The notes under the pieces: model-generated | The model's database searches: none | The model's input: only the letters and a program-made list of their open reading frames with translations | What the model was told of the DNA's origin: nothing | Program-made: the position numbers and the translations under genes | Shown here: piece by piece, positions 12,714 through 20,118 of the stretch | How the letters are laid out: each line of letters starts with the position of its first letter | How positions within the stretch are numbered: the stretch's first letter is position 1 | Sequence record: MN850647.1 | Direction: 5' to 3' (one strand) | DNA: 64,000 nucleotides | Origin: Escherichia phage tootiki

Positions 12714-14330
12714 TCAACGTCTAAGCCCCTCATATGGGTTTCCTCTCACTAAGTCTGTGTGAGCACCCATTGATGGTGGCTTGAATAATTTAACTTCGTT
12801 AAGACTGTTGAAAGCATCACTGGTAGCATCCACTTGGTCATCTTTAGTTTTACCATCACCACAAAAACCTTCAAGTTCTTGAAAGTAAGCTTCGTTCCAA
12901 CTGCCTCTCAAGACTTTTACAAGTCCAGCTTCAGAAGCAGCAGAAAATCCCGCAAAGCGGGTAACTTTATCTTTATTTGTTGGTTTAGCTCTTGCGCGAT
13001 AACCTTTCTCGGCAAGTTTCCTGATGAGGGATGTTGCATAGGATTTACCAGCAGCGCCTGGGTCTTGAGGGATAAAAATACCAGTTCGCTTACCGTCACT
13101 TTCAGCAGTCAAATTAATTTGTGTTTCGACTCCAGAGGGTCTATCTCTAAATCTTACTACATCAATGATATAATAGCAACCGTCTTTTTTAGATTTACCC
13201 ATCTTAACACCCGCTGTCCAGTCTGGGTTAGGGTTAATTTCAGATGGTAAAGTCGCTGCTAAGTCCCATGCTCTGACATCAAACACATCTTCTGGGAGTG
13301 AATCAACAATCTCACACCATTGTCTTTGCCAATAGTTTGAACCTTCTGCACGAGCCTTCCAGTTACCGAAACGAAGTCTTGCAACGTTTACAGGTGTGTT
13401 GTTTTCCAACTTACCACGATATTTAGGCTCTAAGAAGTCAAGAATTGGGTTATCATCAATCGTACCAGAGATGAAGGTGTATGTCTGAGGAATCTCAAGA
13501 GGGAACATTTCAAGAATCTTGTCTCTCTCCCAATCAGAAACCATCACACCATCATTCATAACATACCAACGAATACGACCACACTTCTCAGGGTCTGGGT
13601 AACCTTCTTCATCTAAGAATGGCTCTACCCAATCATAAATGAAGTGGTCTCTGTCTGGGTTCATAGAAATCTTCATGTATGAATCGCCTTCAGCACCAGA
13701 ACGTAGACGGGTCTGTAGGTATGAAATCTGTGAAGCAGAGAAGTGTGTACCTTCGTCAAAGTAGATAGCTGAGTATTCAATACCCTGATGACCTTCAGCG
13801 TGCTTTTCAAGTTCTAAGTAGGTGAACTTAATAGTTGCCCCAGAAGGGAACGTGATAGTCATCTTCTGCTCGTGAGGAACCCCACCAAACTTACCAAATA
13901 GTTTCTTTGCAGCAGGCCATAAACCACCTTGTAACTGTGTTGTATTTCGACGGAAATATACAGCATTATAGTTAGGGTCTTCAATAAACCTTAAAGAGTC
14001 CATTAACAATGCAGCAGTTTTACCAGCACCAGCAGCACCACCATAGAGTACCAAGTCAGCATTAGTGTTTAAAAAGACCTCTTGAGAACCCGGCTGAGGG
14101 GCTACATAGTTCTTATCAGTCATCAACTTAAAGATAAGGCGAACTTGGTCTGGTGTGTATCTTAATAAAGTCAGAATTTGAGTTGGAAGGAATTTAGAGG
14201 GGTCTTTACCGAATGATTTGATAATTTCTTTTACTTCATCAGAAAGCCCCAACTCTCCAGCTAGGACTTTCCTAACATCTTCCACTCGCTTCTGCTTAAC
14301 AGCATTTAAATCCATTAAGCGCCTCCGCAA
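12714..14330 (-). CDS. terminase large subunit
   Basis: 538 aa; Walker A LYGGAAGAGKT; C-terminal nuclease-like acidic residues. Confidence 0.9.
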   Translation of the reverse strand: MRRRLMDLNAVKQKRVEDVRKVLAGELGLSDEVKEIIKSFGKDPSKFLPTQILTLLRYTPDQVRLIFKLMTDKNYVAPQPGSQEVFLNTNADLVLYGGAAGAGKTAALLMDSLRFIEDPNYNAVYFRRNTTQLQGGLWPAAKKLFGKFGGVPHEQKMTITFPSGATIKFTYLELEKHAEGHQGIEYSAIYFDEGTHFSASQISYLQTRLRSGAEGDSYMKISMNPDRDHFIYDWVEPFLDEEGYPDPEKCGRIRWYVMNDGVMVSDWERDKILEMFPLEIPQTYTFISGTIDDNPILDFLEPKYRGKLENNTPVNVARLRFGNWKARAEGSNYWQRQWCEIVDSLPEDVFDVRAWDLAATLPSEINPNPDWTAGVKMGKSKKDGCYYIIDVVRFRDRPSGVETQINLTAESDGKRTGIFIPQDPGAAGKSYATSLIRKLAEKGYRARAKPTNKDKVTRFAGFSAASEAGLVKVLRGSWNEAYFQELEGFCGDGKTKDDQVDATSDAFNSLNEVKLFKPPSMGAHTDLVRGNPYEGLRR

Positions 14331-14336
14331 ATAGAA

Positions 14337-14537
14337 TTATTCAGAGTCTGTAGCAGTCTCTTCTTTCTTAACTTCGAACTTTGCATCAACAGCATCAAGA
14401 AGTGCATCCATAGATGCCTCTTTAATATCAATACCTGTTGCTACAGACAATCTGTCTGCAATTGCCATGATAGTATTCTGCATAAATTCTAGCTTCTTAT
14501 TAGCTTCATAAAGTTCTTTATAAACGGTCTCGCTCAT
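14337..14537 (-). CDS. hypothetical small acidic protein
   Basis: 66 aa ORF just upstream of terminase. Confidence 0.4.
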   Translation of the reverse strand: MSETVYKELYEANKKLEFMQNTIMAIADRLSVATGIDIKEASMDALLDAVDAKFEVKKEETATDSE

Positions 14538-14571
14538 TATGTTTTCTCCAAATAGTTAACCATGTTTCCCC

Positions 14572-14597
14572 TTAAAAAAGACGGCACAGAGACCGTC
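14572..14597 (-). terminator. intrinsic terminator downstream of tRNA array
   Basis: minus strand hairpin GACGG-TCTCTGTG-CCGTC followed by TTTTTT. Confidence 0.5.
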
Positions 14598-14759
14598 AAG
14601 GAGAAACCACAATGTACGTCAGAGACATACTGTATAAGTCTTCTTATAAAGTATAACTCTGTAAAAAAGCCCTGTCTAAAAATACTCTTCGGTAGCGAAA
14701 GGAAGAATACTTATAGCAGGGCATTATTATTATTTTAATTGAGAGAGAGTAAAATAAAT

Positions 14760-14835
14760 TGGAGAATCCGAAGGGACTCGAACCCTTATAAACCTGTTCT
14801 GCAGACAGGTACATATCCATTTCTGTCACGGATTC
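14760..14835 (-). tRNA. tRNA-Cys (anticodon GCA)
   Basis: hand-folded cloverleaf: acceptor GAATCCG/CGGATTC, anticodon loop CTGCAGA, T-arm AAGGG-TTCGAGT-CCCTT, CCA encoded. Confidence 0.7.
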
Positions 14836-14839
14836 AAAT

Positions 14840-14932
14840 TGGAGGAAGATACCAGACTTGAACTGGTACACCGATTTCTCAGCTACTGGCAGTTTAGCAA
14901 ACTGCTCCCTTACCTTTTAGGGTTAATCTTCC
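14840..14932 (-). tRNA. tRNA-Ser (anticodon GCT), class II
   Basis: acceptor GGAAGAT/ATCTTCC, anticodon loop TTGCTAA, long variable arm, T-arm ACCAG-TTCAAGT-CTGGT. Confidence 0.65.
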
Positions 14933-14933
14933 A

Positions 14934-15668
14934 TTATTTCTGTAATGCGTTCTTCATTTCTGGTGTTGCAATAGTGTCAATCACACCAGTTTTACAAGCA
15001 TCGTCAAACCAGTCTGGTAAGATACCTGCTAAGAACCCATTGATATTCGTTTTAAGGTACTCTGCAATAAGGGCAGCTTCTTCTTCAATCATCTGCACAA
15101 CTTCATCTGCATAAGCTGTAATCTTTGAAATACCTTCATTAATTTTACTGACAGCTTGGTTAGCTAAATCAGAAACAGTGTCAAGACCCTTATCAATAGC
15201 GTCTTGTAAGTCACTTAACACACCGTTAACACTGTCTAGTGTGCTGTTAATCATGTCAATAGCTTGCTGACCATACTCTGTAGCAACACCCATAATACCA
15301 CTAAATGGTGTACAACCAACTTGTTCTCCTGCTGCACCCATAACATTGGAGTATCCCTTTGCTACCTGCATACGTGATGAAAACTCATCAATAGACTTTT
15401 GACCGTAGTCTGTTAGGGTCTTAGTAGTCGCTGTAGTGCTTGTAAGGCTTGTTGTAAAGCTGTTTAGAAGGACTGTTGTAAGTCCAGCAGCAACAAGTTT
15501 CTCCTTCATTGTAGGGTCTGTTACAGAGCTAATAGAGCTTACAAGTGATGTAGAGGCAGCTACGGTTCCACCGAGAACTGCTGCACCAGTAATAAGTGGG
15601 TTAGAAAACCCTTTACCGGTTTTTAAGAGATTAAAAATCTCCTTACCTTGTTCTGTCATCTCTTTCAT
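14934..15668 (-). CDS. hypothetical Ala/Ser/Thr-rich protein
   Basis: ORF track start at 15731 overlaps tRNA-Phe; start moved to internal ATG at 15668 (MKEMTEQ). Confidence 0.4.
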   Translation of the reverse strand: MKEMTEQGKEIFNLLKTGKGFSNPLITGAAVLGGTVAASTSLVSSISSVTDPTMKEKLVAAGLTTVLLNSFTTSLTSTTATTKTLTDYGQKSIDEFSSRMQVAKGYSNVMGAAGEQVGCTPFSGIMGVATEYGQQAIDMINSTLDSVNGVLSDLQDAIDKGLDTVSDLANQAVSKINEGISKITAYADEVVQMIEEEAALIAEYLKTNINGFLAGILPDWFDDACKTGVIDTIATPEMKNALQK

Positions 15669-15686
15669 TAAGCACCTTTGAAATTG

Positions 15687-15761
15687 GTAGTCCAGTGGGA
15701 TTTGAACCCTCTTCTCATGTTTTTCAGACACGCGCTTTAACCATATAAGCTACTTGGACTA
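15687..15761 (-). tRNA. tRNA-Phe (anticodon GAA)
   Basis: acceptor TAGTCCA/TGGACTA, anticodon stem CGTGT/ACATG loop CTGAAAA, T-loop TTCAAAT; D-arm weak. Confidence 0.55.
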
Positions 15762-15765
15762 TAAA

Positions 15766-15842
15766 TTGGGGTGACCTACGGGATTTGAACCCGTATAGAC
15801 CATGTTCACAGCATGGGTCATTACCATTTATGATAAGGCCAC
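15766..15842 (-). tRNA. tRNA-His (anticodon GTG)
   Basis: acceptor GTGGCCT/AGGTCAC, D-stem TCAT/ATGA, anticodon loop CTGTGAA, discriminator C, CCA encoded. Confidence 0.7.
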
Positions 15843-15873
15843 ATTTAAGGACTCTCGTAAGAACCCTTAGAAG

Positions 15874-15949
15874 TGGCAGCGGCATAAGGATTTGAACCTT
15901 AATAGGACAGCTTCAGAGACTGCTGCATTGCCAGTTATGCTATACCGCT
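15874..15949 (-). tRNA. tRNA-Gln (anticodon CTG)
   Basis: acceptor AGCGGTA/TGCCGCT, D-stem GCAT/ATGC, anticodon loop CTCTGAA, discriminator G. Confidence 0.65.
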
Positions 15950-15954
15950 AAAAT

Positions 15955-16033
15955 TGGTACTCCATATCGGATTCGAACCGATACATAACACAGATTTTAA
16001 GTCTGGCCTCTCTGCCAATTGGAGTAATGGAGC
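15955..16033 (-). tRNA. tRNA with Leu-type anticodon TAA, class-I length
   Basis: acceptor GCTCCAT/ATGGAGT, T-arm ATCGG-TTCGAAT-CCGAT, anticodon loop CTTAAAA, discriminator A; no long variable arm. Confidence 0.45.
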
Positions 16034-16035
16034 AT

Positions 16036-16111
16036 TGGCGGGGGATGTTGGAATTGAACCAACTTCTTCGATTTCAAAGACCGAGGTTTTAACCTTGTAA
16101 ACTAATCCCCT
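16036..16111 (-). tRNA. tRNA-Gln (anticodon TTG)
   Basis: acceptor with A1-C72 mismatch, D-stem GTTT/AAAC, anticodon stem TCGGT/ATCGA loop CTTTGAA, discriminator G. Confidence 0.6.
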
Positions 16112-16119
16112 TTAAATCT

Positions 16120-16677
16120 TTACTTTCTCAGTGGATGAATAAAGAATGCCAACATAACTCTTTCCCTTGAGAATGCTCTTTCTTCTGGGACAACACTTTT
16201 TAGTTTCCATCCAATATAAATTCTCCAGTAAAACTGTTTACCAAAGACTTTAATTGATGGGATAAAAGCGAATAACCCCCAAGCATTACTGTTCCACATT
16301 AGGAGATAGCCAGTCTGATTATCTTCAGGGTCAGAACTTACGTTGATATTACCTTTCCACTTAGTAACATCTTTTACATCTCTTCCTAATACATGGTAAG
16401 AGAAGTTATAAGCTTTGTTTCTCCAGAGCCATCCAACTCTCTGCATGTAGACACCCAGTTTACCAATCTTTCTAATCTTAGCCCATCTTTTGACGTGGCC
16501 TTCGTCACCATCAATCGGGTTGTCATAGGTCTCCATCCATCTGAATCCAAAAGGCAGATGTCCCTTCTTCTCACTGTAGAATGGAACTACGAAAGGTGCT
16601 AAGATGACTGCTAGGGTTGCTGCAAATGGTTCTAGTAAAGCTAGGAAAATCCATGAAGCATACTTCAAATATCTCAT
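16120..16677 (-). CDS. hypothetical membrane protein
   Basis: 185 aa ORF with hydrophobic N-terminus, embedded in tRNA array. Confidence 0.45.
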   Translation of the reverse strand: MRYLKYASWIFLALLEPFAATLAVILAPFVVPFYSEKKGHLPFGFRWMETYDNPIDGDEGHVKRWAKIRKIGKLGVYMQRVGWLWRNKAYNFSYHVLGRDVKDVTKWKGNINVSSDPEDNQTGYLLMWNSNAWGLFAFIPSIKVFGKQFYWRIYIGWKLKSVVPEERAFSRERVMLAFFIHPLRK

Positions 16678-16696
16678 CTAAATAGCCTCTTAAAAT

Positions 16697-16774
16697 TGGT
16701 GTTCCAAGACGGATTCGAACCGTCACTAATACAAGGTTTGAGCTTGCATCCTCTGCCAATTGGGATACTGGAAC
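16697..16774 (-). tRNA. tRNA with Leu-type anticodon CAA, class-I length
   Basis: acceptor GTTCCAG/TTGGAAC, T-arm GACGG-TTCGAAT-CCGTC, anticodon stem GCAAG/CTTGT loop CTCAAAC, discriminator A. Confidence 0.45.
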
Positions 16775-16775
16775 A

Positions 16776-16850
16776 TGGTACTCACTAAAGGACTTGAACC
16801 TTTTTCTTCATCTTGTAAGGGTGGTGTTTTACCATATAAACTAAGCGAGT
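16776..16850 (-). tRNA. tRNA-like, anticodon position reads TAC (Val) but anticodon stem poorly paired
   Basis: good acceptor, D-arm GTTT/AAAC and T-arm AAAGG-TTCAAGT-CCTTT; anticodon stem only 3 of 5 pairs. Confidence 0.4.
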
Positions 16851-16945
16851 GTGAAAGAGGTCTTAAGTTGTGCCGCTAACTCAACTCCGTGGAATTTGTT
16901 ACGGTCTTCAGTTGACACCAGCGGTCTTTCACTTGACCTCTGAAT

Positions 16946-17022
16946 TGGTGCTGCTCACAGGACTCGAACCTGCATTTCCATCCTTACAAGGGATGTGTAA
17001 TAGCCAATTATACGAAAGCAGC
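16946..17022 (-). tRNA. tRNA-Thr (anticodon TGT)
   Basis: anticodon stem CATCC/GGATG loop CTTGTAA, T-arm GCAGG-TTCGAGT-CCTGT, discriminator A. Confidence 0.7.
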
Positions 17023-17029
17023 ATTAATT

Positions 17030-17104
17030 TGGAGCATCCAGAGGGAATCGAACCCTCAACCTCAGTTTGGAAGACTGTAATTTTCCCGTTTAAACTATGG
17101 ATGC
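17030..17104 (-). tRNA. tRNA-Gly (anticodon TCC)
   Basis: acceptor GCATCCA/TGGATGC, anticodon loop CTTCCAA, T-arm GAGGG-TTCGATT-CCCTC, discriminator T. Confidence 0.65.
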
Positions 17105-17110
17105 ACTAAT

Positions 17111-17186
17111 TGGTGGAGAAGCAGGGAATTGAACCCTGTACTTAAGTTTGCAAAACTTATGTTTTAACCATGTAAACTACATCCCC
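17111..17186 (-). tRNA. tRNA-Ala (anticodon TGC)
   Basis: D-stem GTTT/AAAC, anticodon stem TAAGT/ACTTA loop TTTGCAA, T-arm CAGGG-TTCAATT-CCCTG, discriminator A. Confidence 0.7.
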
Positions 17187-17192
17187 AATATC

Positions 17193-17268
17193 TGGTACAG
17201 GTGGAGGGAATTGAACCCATCGTCTTACTGATTAAGAGTCAGCCGCATAACCATTTTGCTACACCTGC
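17193..17268 (-). tRNA. tRNA-Lys (anticodon CTT)
   Basis: acceptor GCAGGTG/CACCTGT, anticodon loop CTCTTAA; T-stem ATGGG/CCCTC imperfect, same as tRNA-Lys(TTT). Confidence 0.55.
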
Positions 17269-17275
17269 ATTAATT

Positions 17276-17353
17276 TGGTAGGAGACAAGGGATTCGAACC
17301 CTCAAACATCTCGTTCTAAGCGAGATAGGTTTACCAATTACCGTCAATCTCCC
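17276..17353 (-). tRNA. tRNA with Leu-type anticodon TAG, class-I length
   Basis: anticodon stem ATCTCG/CGAGAT perfect, loop CTTAGAA, T-arm GAGGG-TTCGAAT-CCCTT, discriminator A; no long variable arm. Confidence 0.5.
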
Positions 17354-17432
17354 ATTAAATCTTTTTAGAGAACTTCTAAGAACCTAAGCAACAAGGTTCC
17401 ACAACAAGCTGTAATAACCTTAGAAGCCCTCT

Positions 17433-17452
17433 AAAAAGACCTAAAAAGGTCT
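17433..17452 (-). terminator. intrinsic terminator-like hairpin inside tRNA array
   Basis: minus strand AGACC-TTTTTA-GGTCT followed by TTTT. Confidence 0.4.
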
Positions 17453-17611
17453 TTGCATAGTCTTGTTTAATCCGGTGACTATAACCTTTGGAGAGCTTGA
17501 TATTATCTCTTCTCCGTGACACCTACTAGGTGCTTTACTGTGCATGTACGACAATACACTAGGGATACCAAAGCAACATCCGAATGAAGCTTGGCTTTAA
17601 ATCTTATTAGG

Positions 17612-17699
17612 CGGTAAGTAAAGGAGTCGAACCCTCACCGTATCTCTACAGTGGCAACTGTTTTCAAGACAGTTTGGCTACCATTAGCCGCTACCTACC
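17612..17699 (-). tRNA. tRNA-Ser (anticodon TGA), class II
   Basis: acceptor GGTAGGT/ACTTACC, anticodon stem ACTGT/ACAGT loop CTTGAAA, 20 nt variable arm, discriminator G. Confidence 0.7.
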
Positions 17700-17717
17700 C
17701 CTAATAAGACTTTGGCA

Positions 17718-17795
17718 TGGGACGGAGGAGTTGAACCACTTTGAAACGGTTTTGGAGGCCGTTGCTCATGCCTTAGAGTCTTAACATCGTCCCAC
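17718..17795 (-). tRNA. tRNA-like; possible Trp (anticodon CCA) with enlarged D-loop
   Basis: acceptor GTGGGAC/GTCCCAT plus G73 and encoded CCA, T-loop TTCAACT; core does not fold canonically. Confidence 0.35.
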
Positions 17796-17932
17796 ACTAT
17801 AATTCGAAGCTTACCGTATTTTCACAACACTGTAAAGCCCCTTCTCAGATTATTTACATGTTCTGGAAAACATGAGATACAGACCACCTCCTTACAGGAA
17901 GACCCGCTTAGGTCGTCTAAGTAATCTGCTAA

Positions 17933-18280
17933 CTAATACTTTGCATGTCTTACCCTATGGCAATTTGAACATAGCAAAACACATTTGTCAAGTTCATCTT
18001 TTAGTTCTTGAGAGAACTTAAGGCTTTTCCTATGACCAATGTTAAAATCTTTATCTGAAGGATTCAAATGATGGAAGTCATACACTGCTGGATGATATTT
18101 CTTACCACAATCATGACAAACCCCACCTTTGTACTCAATAGCTGAGAGTTTAAGTGCTCTTTGTCTTTCTATGGTTTGCTCATTAACACACTTTTTACAG
18201 TATGAATGAGTTCTCCTACCATCTTTCATGTAGAAATCATTTTCATCCTTGCTAAGTTTGCACCTAATACAAGTTTTCAT
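17933..18280 (-). CDS. HNH endonuclease
   Basis: Cys pairs CIRCK and CKKC, HH-LNPSD-N motif, CSNCH; start moved to MKTCIRC because track start overlaps a tRNA. Confidence 0.7.
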   Translation of the reverse strand: MKTCIRCKLSKDENDFYMKDGRRTHSYCKKCVNEQTIERQRALKLSAIEYKGGVCHDCGKKYHPAVYDFHHLNPSDKDFNIGHRKSLKFSQELKDELDKCVLLCSNCHRVRHAKY

Positions 18281-18294
18281 GATTTCTCCAAAAT

Positions 18295-18376
18295 TGGTCG
18301 AGGCGGCAGGACTCGAACCCGCATACTCCACTTACTCGGTTAACGTCTGTTTAGAAGACAGATGAGATACGCCCCG
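18295..18376 (-). tRNA. tRNA-like; possible Arg (anticodon TCT) with atypical geometry
   Basis: acceptor CGGGGCG/CGCCTCG, T-arm GCGGG-TTCGAGT-CCTGC, CCA encoded; perfect hairpin TCTGT-CTTCTAA-ACAGA but no room for a D-arm. Confidence 0.35.
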
Positions 18377-18624
18377 TAATTATCTTTAAAGACTCTCTTA
18401 GAAAGCCCTTAAAGATGCCCACCTTATTAATCATACCGTGGGCTAGTACGCCAAATTCTTTGATGAGGGATTGGAAGACCTCACTGGTGTTTAGCCTATC
18501 AAGCTACTGCCAGAAAAACATTGTCGTTTGCATTTATTTTAAATTTGCAAAATAGACGCTACGCAACGAAAACTAAGGTTACTATAAAGTAGTCACATCT
18601 CAGTGTCAACAACTTTATTGAAAG

Positions 18625-18699
18625 TGGTTGTAGGTGAGGGTATCGAACCCTCTTCTAACGGTTATCAGCCGTTTGCATTACCATTTATGCTAACCCACA
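18625..18699 (-). tRNA. tRNA-Ile (anticodon GAT)
   Basis: D-stem GCAT/ATGC, anticodon stem AACGG/CCGTT loop CTGATAA, T-arm GAGGG-TTCGATA-CCCTC, discriminator A. Confidence 0.7.
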
Positions 18700-18701
18700 A
18701 T

Positions 18702-18778
18702 TGGAGGTTCAGGTGGGATTCAAACCCACATTCATAGGGCTTATGAAACCCTTGCATTACCTTATCTGCGACTGAACC
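18702..18778 (-). tRNA. tRNA-Met (anticodon CAT)
   Basis: acceptor GGTTCAG/CTGAACC, anticodon stem AAGGG/GCCCT loop TTCATAA, T-arm GTGGG-TTTGAAT-CCCAC. Confidence 0.65.
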
Positions 18779-18783
18779 ATTTT

Positions 18784-18859
18784 TGGTAGAAGTGGAGGGA
18801 TTCGAACCCATCGCCTGTCAGATTAAAAGTCTGCCGCATCACCATTCTGCTACACTTCC
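18784..18859 (-). tRNA. tRNA-Lys (anticodon TTT)
   Basis: acceptor GGAAGTG/CACTTCT, anticodon loop CTTTTAA, discriminator A; T-stem ATGGG/CCCTC imperfect. Confidence 0.55.
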
Positions 18860-19010
18860 ATTAAATCATCTTTGCAGTAACCTACGCAGACCTTGCTAAA
18901 GGGTCTGTAGAGTCATTTCATATTAAGCTAATCTAGAATCATACTAAGGAAATTCATCGGCACTCATGGGACGACATAATTAGCCACATAAGCTACTGCA
19001 AAGATAATTA

Positions 19011-19141
19011 CCAGACCGTTGTTTATCATCTTAAGTGCTACCATTACACCAACTCGACCTCTGCCGAGTGAAGGAATCGAACCTTCGCCTTTTCTTTACC
19101 GAGAAATAGATTGTTTAAGTTTTGCTGTAAACGGTCTTCTG
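19011..19141 (-). ncRNA. structured spacer module a: terminal inverted repeat enclosing a tRNA-like T-arm and D-arm-like segment
   Basis: minus strand CAGAAGACCG...CGGTCTGG ends pair; internal GAAGG-TTCGATT-CCTTC and AGTTGGTGTAATGGTAGCAC; no anticodon arm. Confidence 0.4.
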
Positions 19142-19154
19142 TAAATTTGTTGAG

Positions 19155-19230
19155 CCAGACCAAGTTTTAAATTTTTCAAAATTGAATTGGCTTGAAAATA
19201 TCATACATTCTTGCTGTATTTGGTCTTCTG
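19155..19230 (-). repeat. spacer module b (CCAGACCA...TGGTCTTCTG inverted-repeat unit)
   Basis: same terminal inverted repeat as module a. Confidence 0.4.
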
Positions 19231-19291
19231 CTCCTTTAAAGAATACTCGTAAGAACTCTTTAAGGGAGGGGCTAAATAGCCCTCTCAAAAT

Positions 19292-19368
19292 TGGCGGCTA
19301 CGATGAGACTTGAACTCAAATCATCTCCCGTGACAGGGGAGTATTTTCTCCAGTTAAACTACATAGCC
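19292..19368 (-). tRNA. tRNA-Asp (anticodon GTC)
   Basis: anticodon stem CTCCC/GGGAG loop CTGTCAC, acceptor GGCTATG/CGTAGCC, discriminator G. Confidence 0.7.
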
Positions 19369-19373
19369 TTTAT

Positions 19374-19461
19374 TGGTGTGCCGTGTAGGAGTCGAACCTA
19401 CCGAGTCTCAATGACAAGGGATTTACAGTCCCCACCGCTACCATCTACGGGATAACGACAC
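19374..19461 (-). tRNA. tRNA-Tyr (anticodon GTA), class II
   Basis: T-arm GTAGG-TTCGACT-CCTAC, anticodon loop CTGTAAA, about 15 nt variable arm, discriminator A. Confidence 0.7.
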
Positions 19462-19469
19462 ATTTAATT

Positions 19470-19546
19470 TGGCGGTTAGTCAGGGATTCGAACCCTGTGC
19501 CATTCGCTTAACAGGCGACCGCACATACCTTATGTGCTTCCTAACC
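19470..19546 (-). tRNA. tRNA-Asn (anticodon GTT)
   Basis: D-stem GCAC/GTGC, anticodon loop CTGTTAA, T-arm CAGGG-TTCGAAT-CCCTG, discriminator G. Confidence 0.65.
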
Positions 19547-19557
19547 TTAATACATTG

Positions 19558-19618
19558 CCAGACCGTGTTTTTTCTTTTATCCGCAAAAAAGTATTTTGTT
19601 GCTGAATACGGTCTTCTG
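19558..19618 (-). repeat. spacer module c (CCAGACCG...CGGTCTTCTG inverted-repeat unit)
   Basis: same terminal inverted repeat; internal GCAA/TTGC hairpin. Confidence 0.4.
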
Positions 19619-19624
19619 CAAAAT

Positions 19625-19701
19625 TGGAGGCGGGTGCAGGAGTCGAACCTGCCGATACCATGCTAATGAGACATGTGAGACGCCCTTTCTCTATACCCGC
19701 A
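19625..19701 (-). tRNA. tRNA-Met (anticodon CAT), second copy with 1-72 mismatch
   Basis: T-arm GCAGG-TTCGACT-CCTGC, D-stem GAGA/TCTC, anticodon stem CATGT/GCATG loop CTCATTA; T1-C72 unpaired. Confidence 0.55.
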
Positions 19702-19712
19702 ATTCTCAATGA

Positions 19713-19784
19713 CCAGACCAAATATCTTCTTTGTCCGATTTCGTGTCAGATGAGTAGATTAAGTTTGCTGTAATTGGTCTTCTG
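19713..19784 (-). repeat. spacer module d (CCAGACCA...TGGTCTTCTG inverted-repeat unit)
   Basis: same terminal inverted repeat as modules a-c. Confidence 0.4.
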
Positions 19785-19791
19785 TCAAAAC

Positions 19792-19869
19792 TGGCGTTCC
19801 AGAAGGGATTTGAACCCTCAGATATCCACTTTGAAAGAGTGGTGACTTTACCATTTTGTCTACTGGAAC
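19792..19869 (-). tRNA. tRNA-Glu (anticodon TTC)
   Basis: acceptor GTTCCAG/CTGGAAC, anticodon stem CCACT/AGTGG loop CTTTCAA, discriminator G. Confidence 0.7.
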
Positions 19870-19876
19870 ATTAATT

Positions 19877-19953
19877 TGGTCTCTGTTGGAGGACTTGAAC
19901 CTCCGGCCTTACCGCCCCAAACGGAATGCTCTACCAAGCTGAGCTAAACAGAG
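19877..19953 (-). tRNA. tRNA-Pro (anticodon TGG)
   Basis: acceptor CTCTGTT/AACAGAG, D-stem GCTC/GAGC, anticodon loop TTTGGGG, T-arm GGAGG-TTCAAGT-CCTCC. Confidence 0.65.
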
Positions 19954-19980
19954 ATAAACTTTTCAAACTCTATGTAACCA

Positions 19981-20009
19981 CTTTAACATTATTTTTTAGT
20001 GGTTGTCAA
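19981..20009 (-). promoter_or_regulatory. sigma70-like promoter for the tRNA array
   Basis: minus strand TTGACA, 17 nt spacer, TTAAAG, about 25 nt upstream of first tRNA. Confidence 0.45.
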
Positions 20010-20079
20010 GAACTTTTTTAAAATATTTTTCAGTATCTTAGAAAAGCTCTCATTTCGTTTCTATGTAGGACATATTAAA

Positions 20080-20111
20080 GGGTATCAAACACATTGTCAA
20101 TACCCTTTTTA
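20080..20111. terminator. hairpin terminator after vWA gene
   Basis: GGGTAT-N14-ATACCC hairpin followed by TTTTT on plus strand, immediately after stop of 20119-21534. Confidence 0.4.
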
Positions 20112-20118
20112 AAACTTT

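Noticed and set aside
15669-15731. N-terminal extension of ORF 14934-15731
   Set aside because: The extension runs into tRNA-Phe; an internal ATG at 15668 gives a non-overlapping gene.
16856-16940. Possible additional tRNA between the Val-like tRNA and tRNA-Thr
   Set aside because: Nested hairpins (GCCGCT/AGCGGT outer stem, CCGT/ACGG inner stem) but no T-loop and only about 54 nt; not tRNA-like. Could be a small structured RNA or processing signal but the evidence is too thin.
19060-19090. Stand-alone tRNA at the T-arm-like sequence GAAGG-TTCGATT-CCTTC
   Set aside because: No complementary 5' acceptor strand or anticodon arm within range; treated as part of spacer module a rather than a tRNA gene.
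19469-19721. Two ORFs of about 60 aa overlapping tRNA-Asn and tRNA-Met
   Set aside because: Coincide with well-folded tRNAs and spacer repeats; no translation signals.
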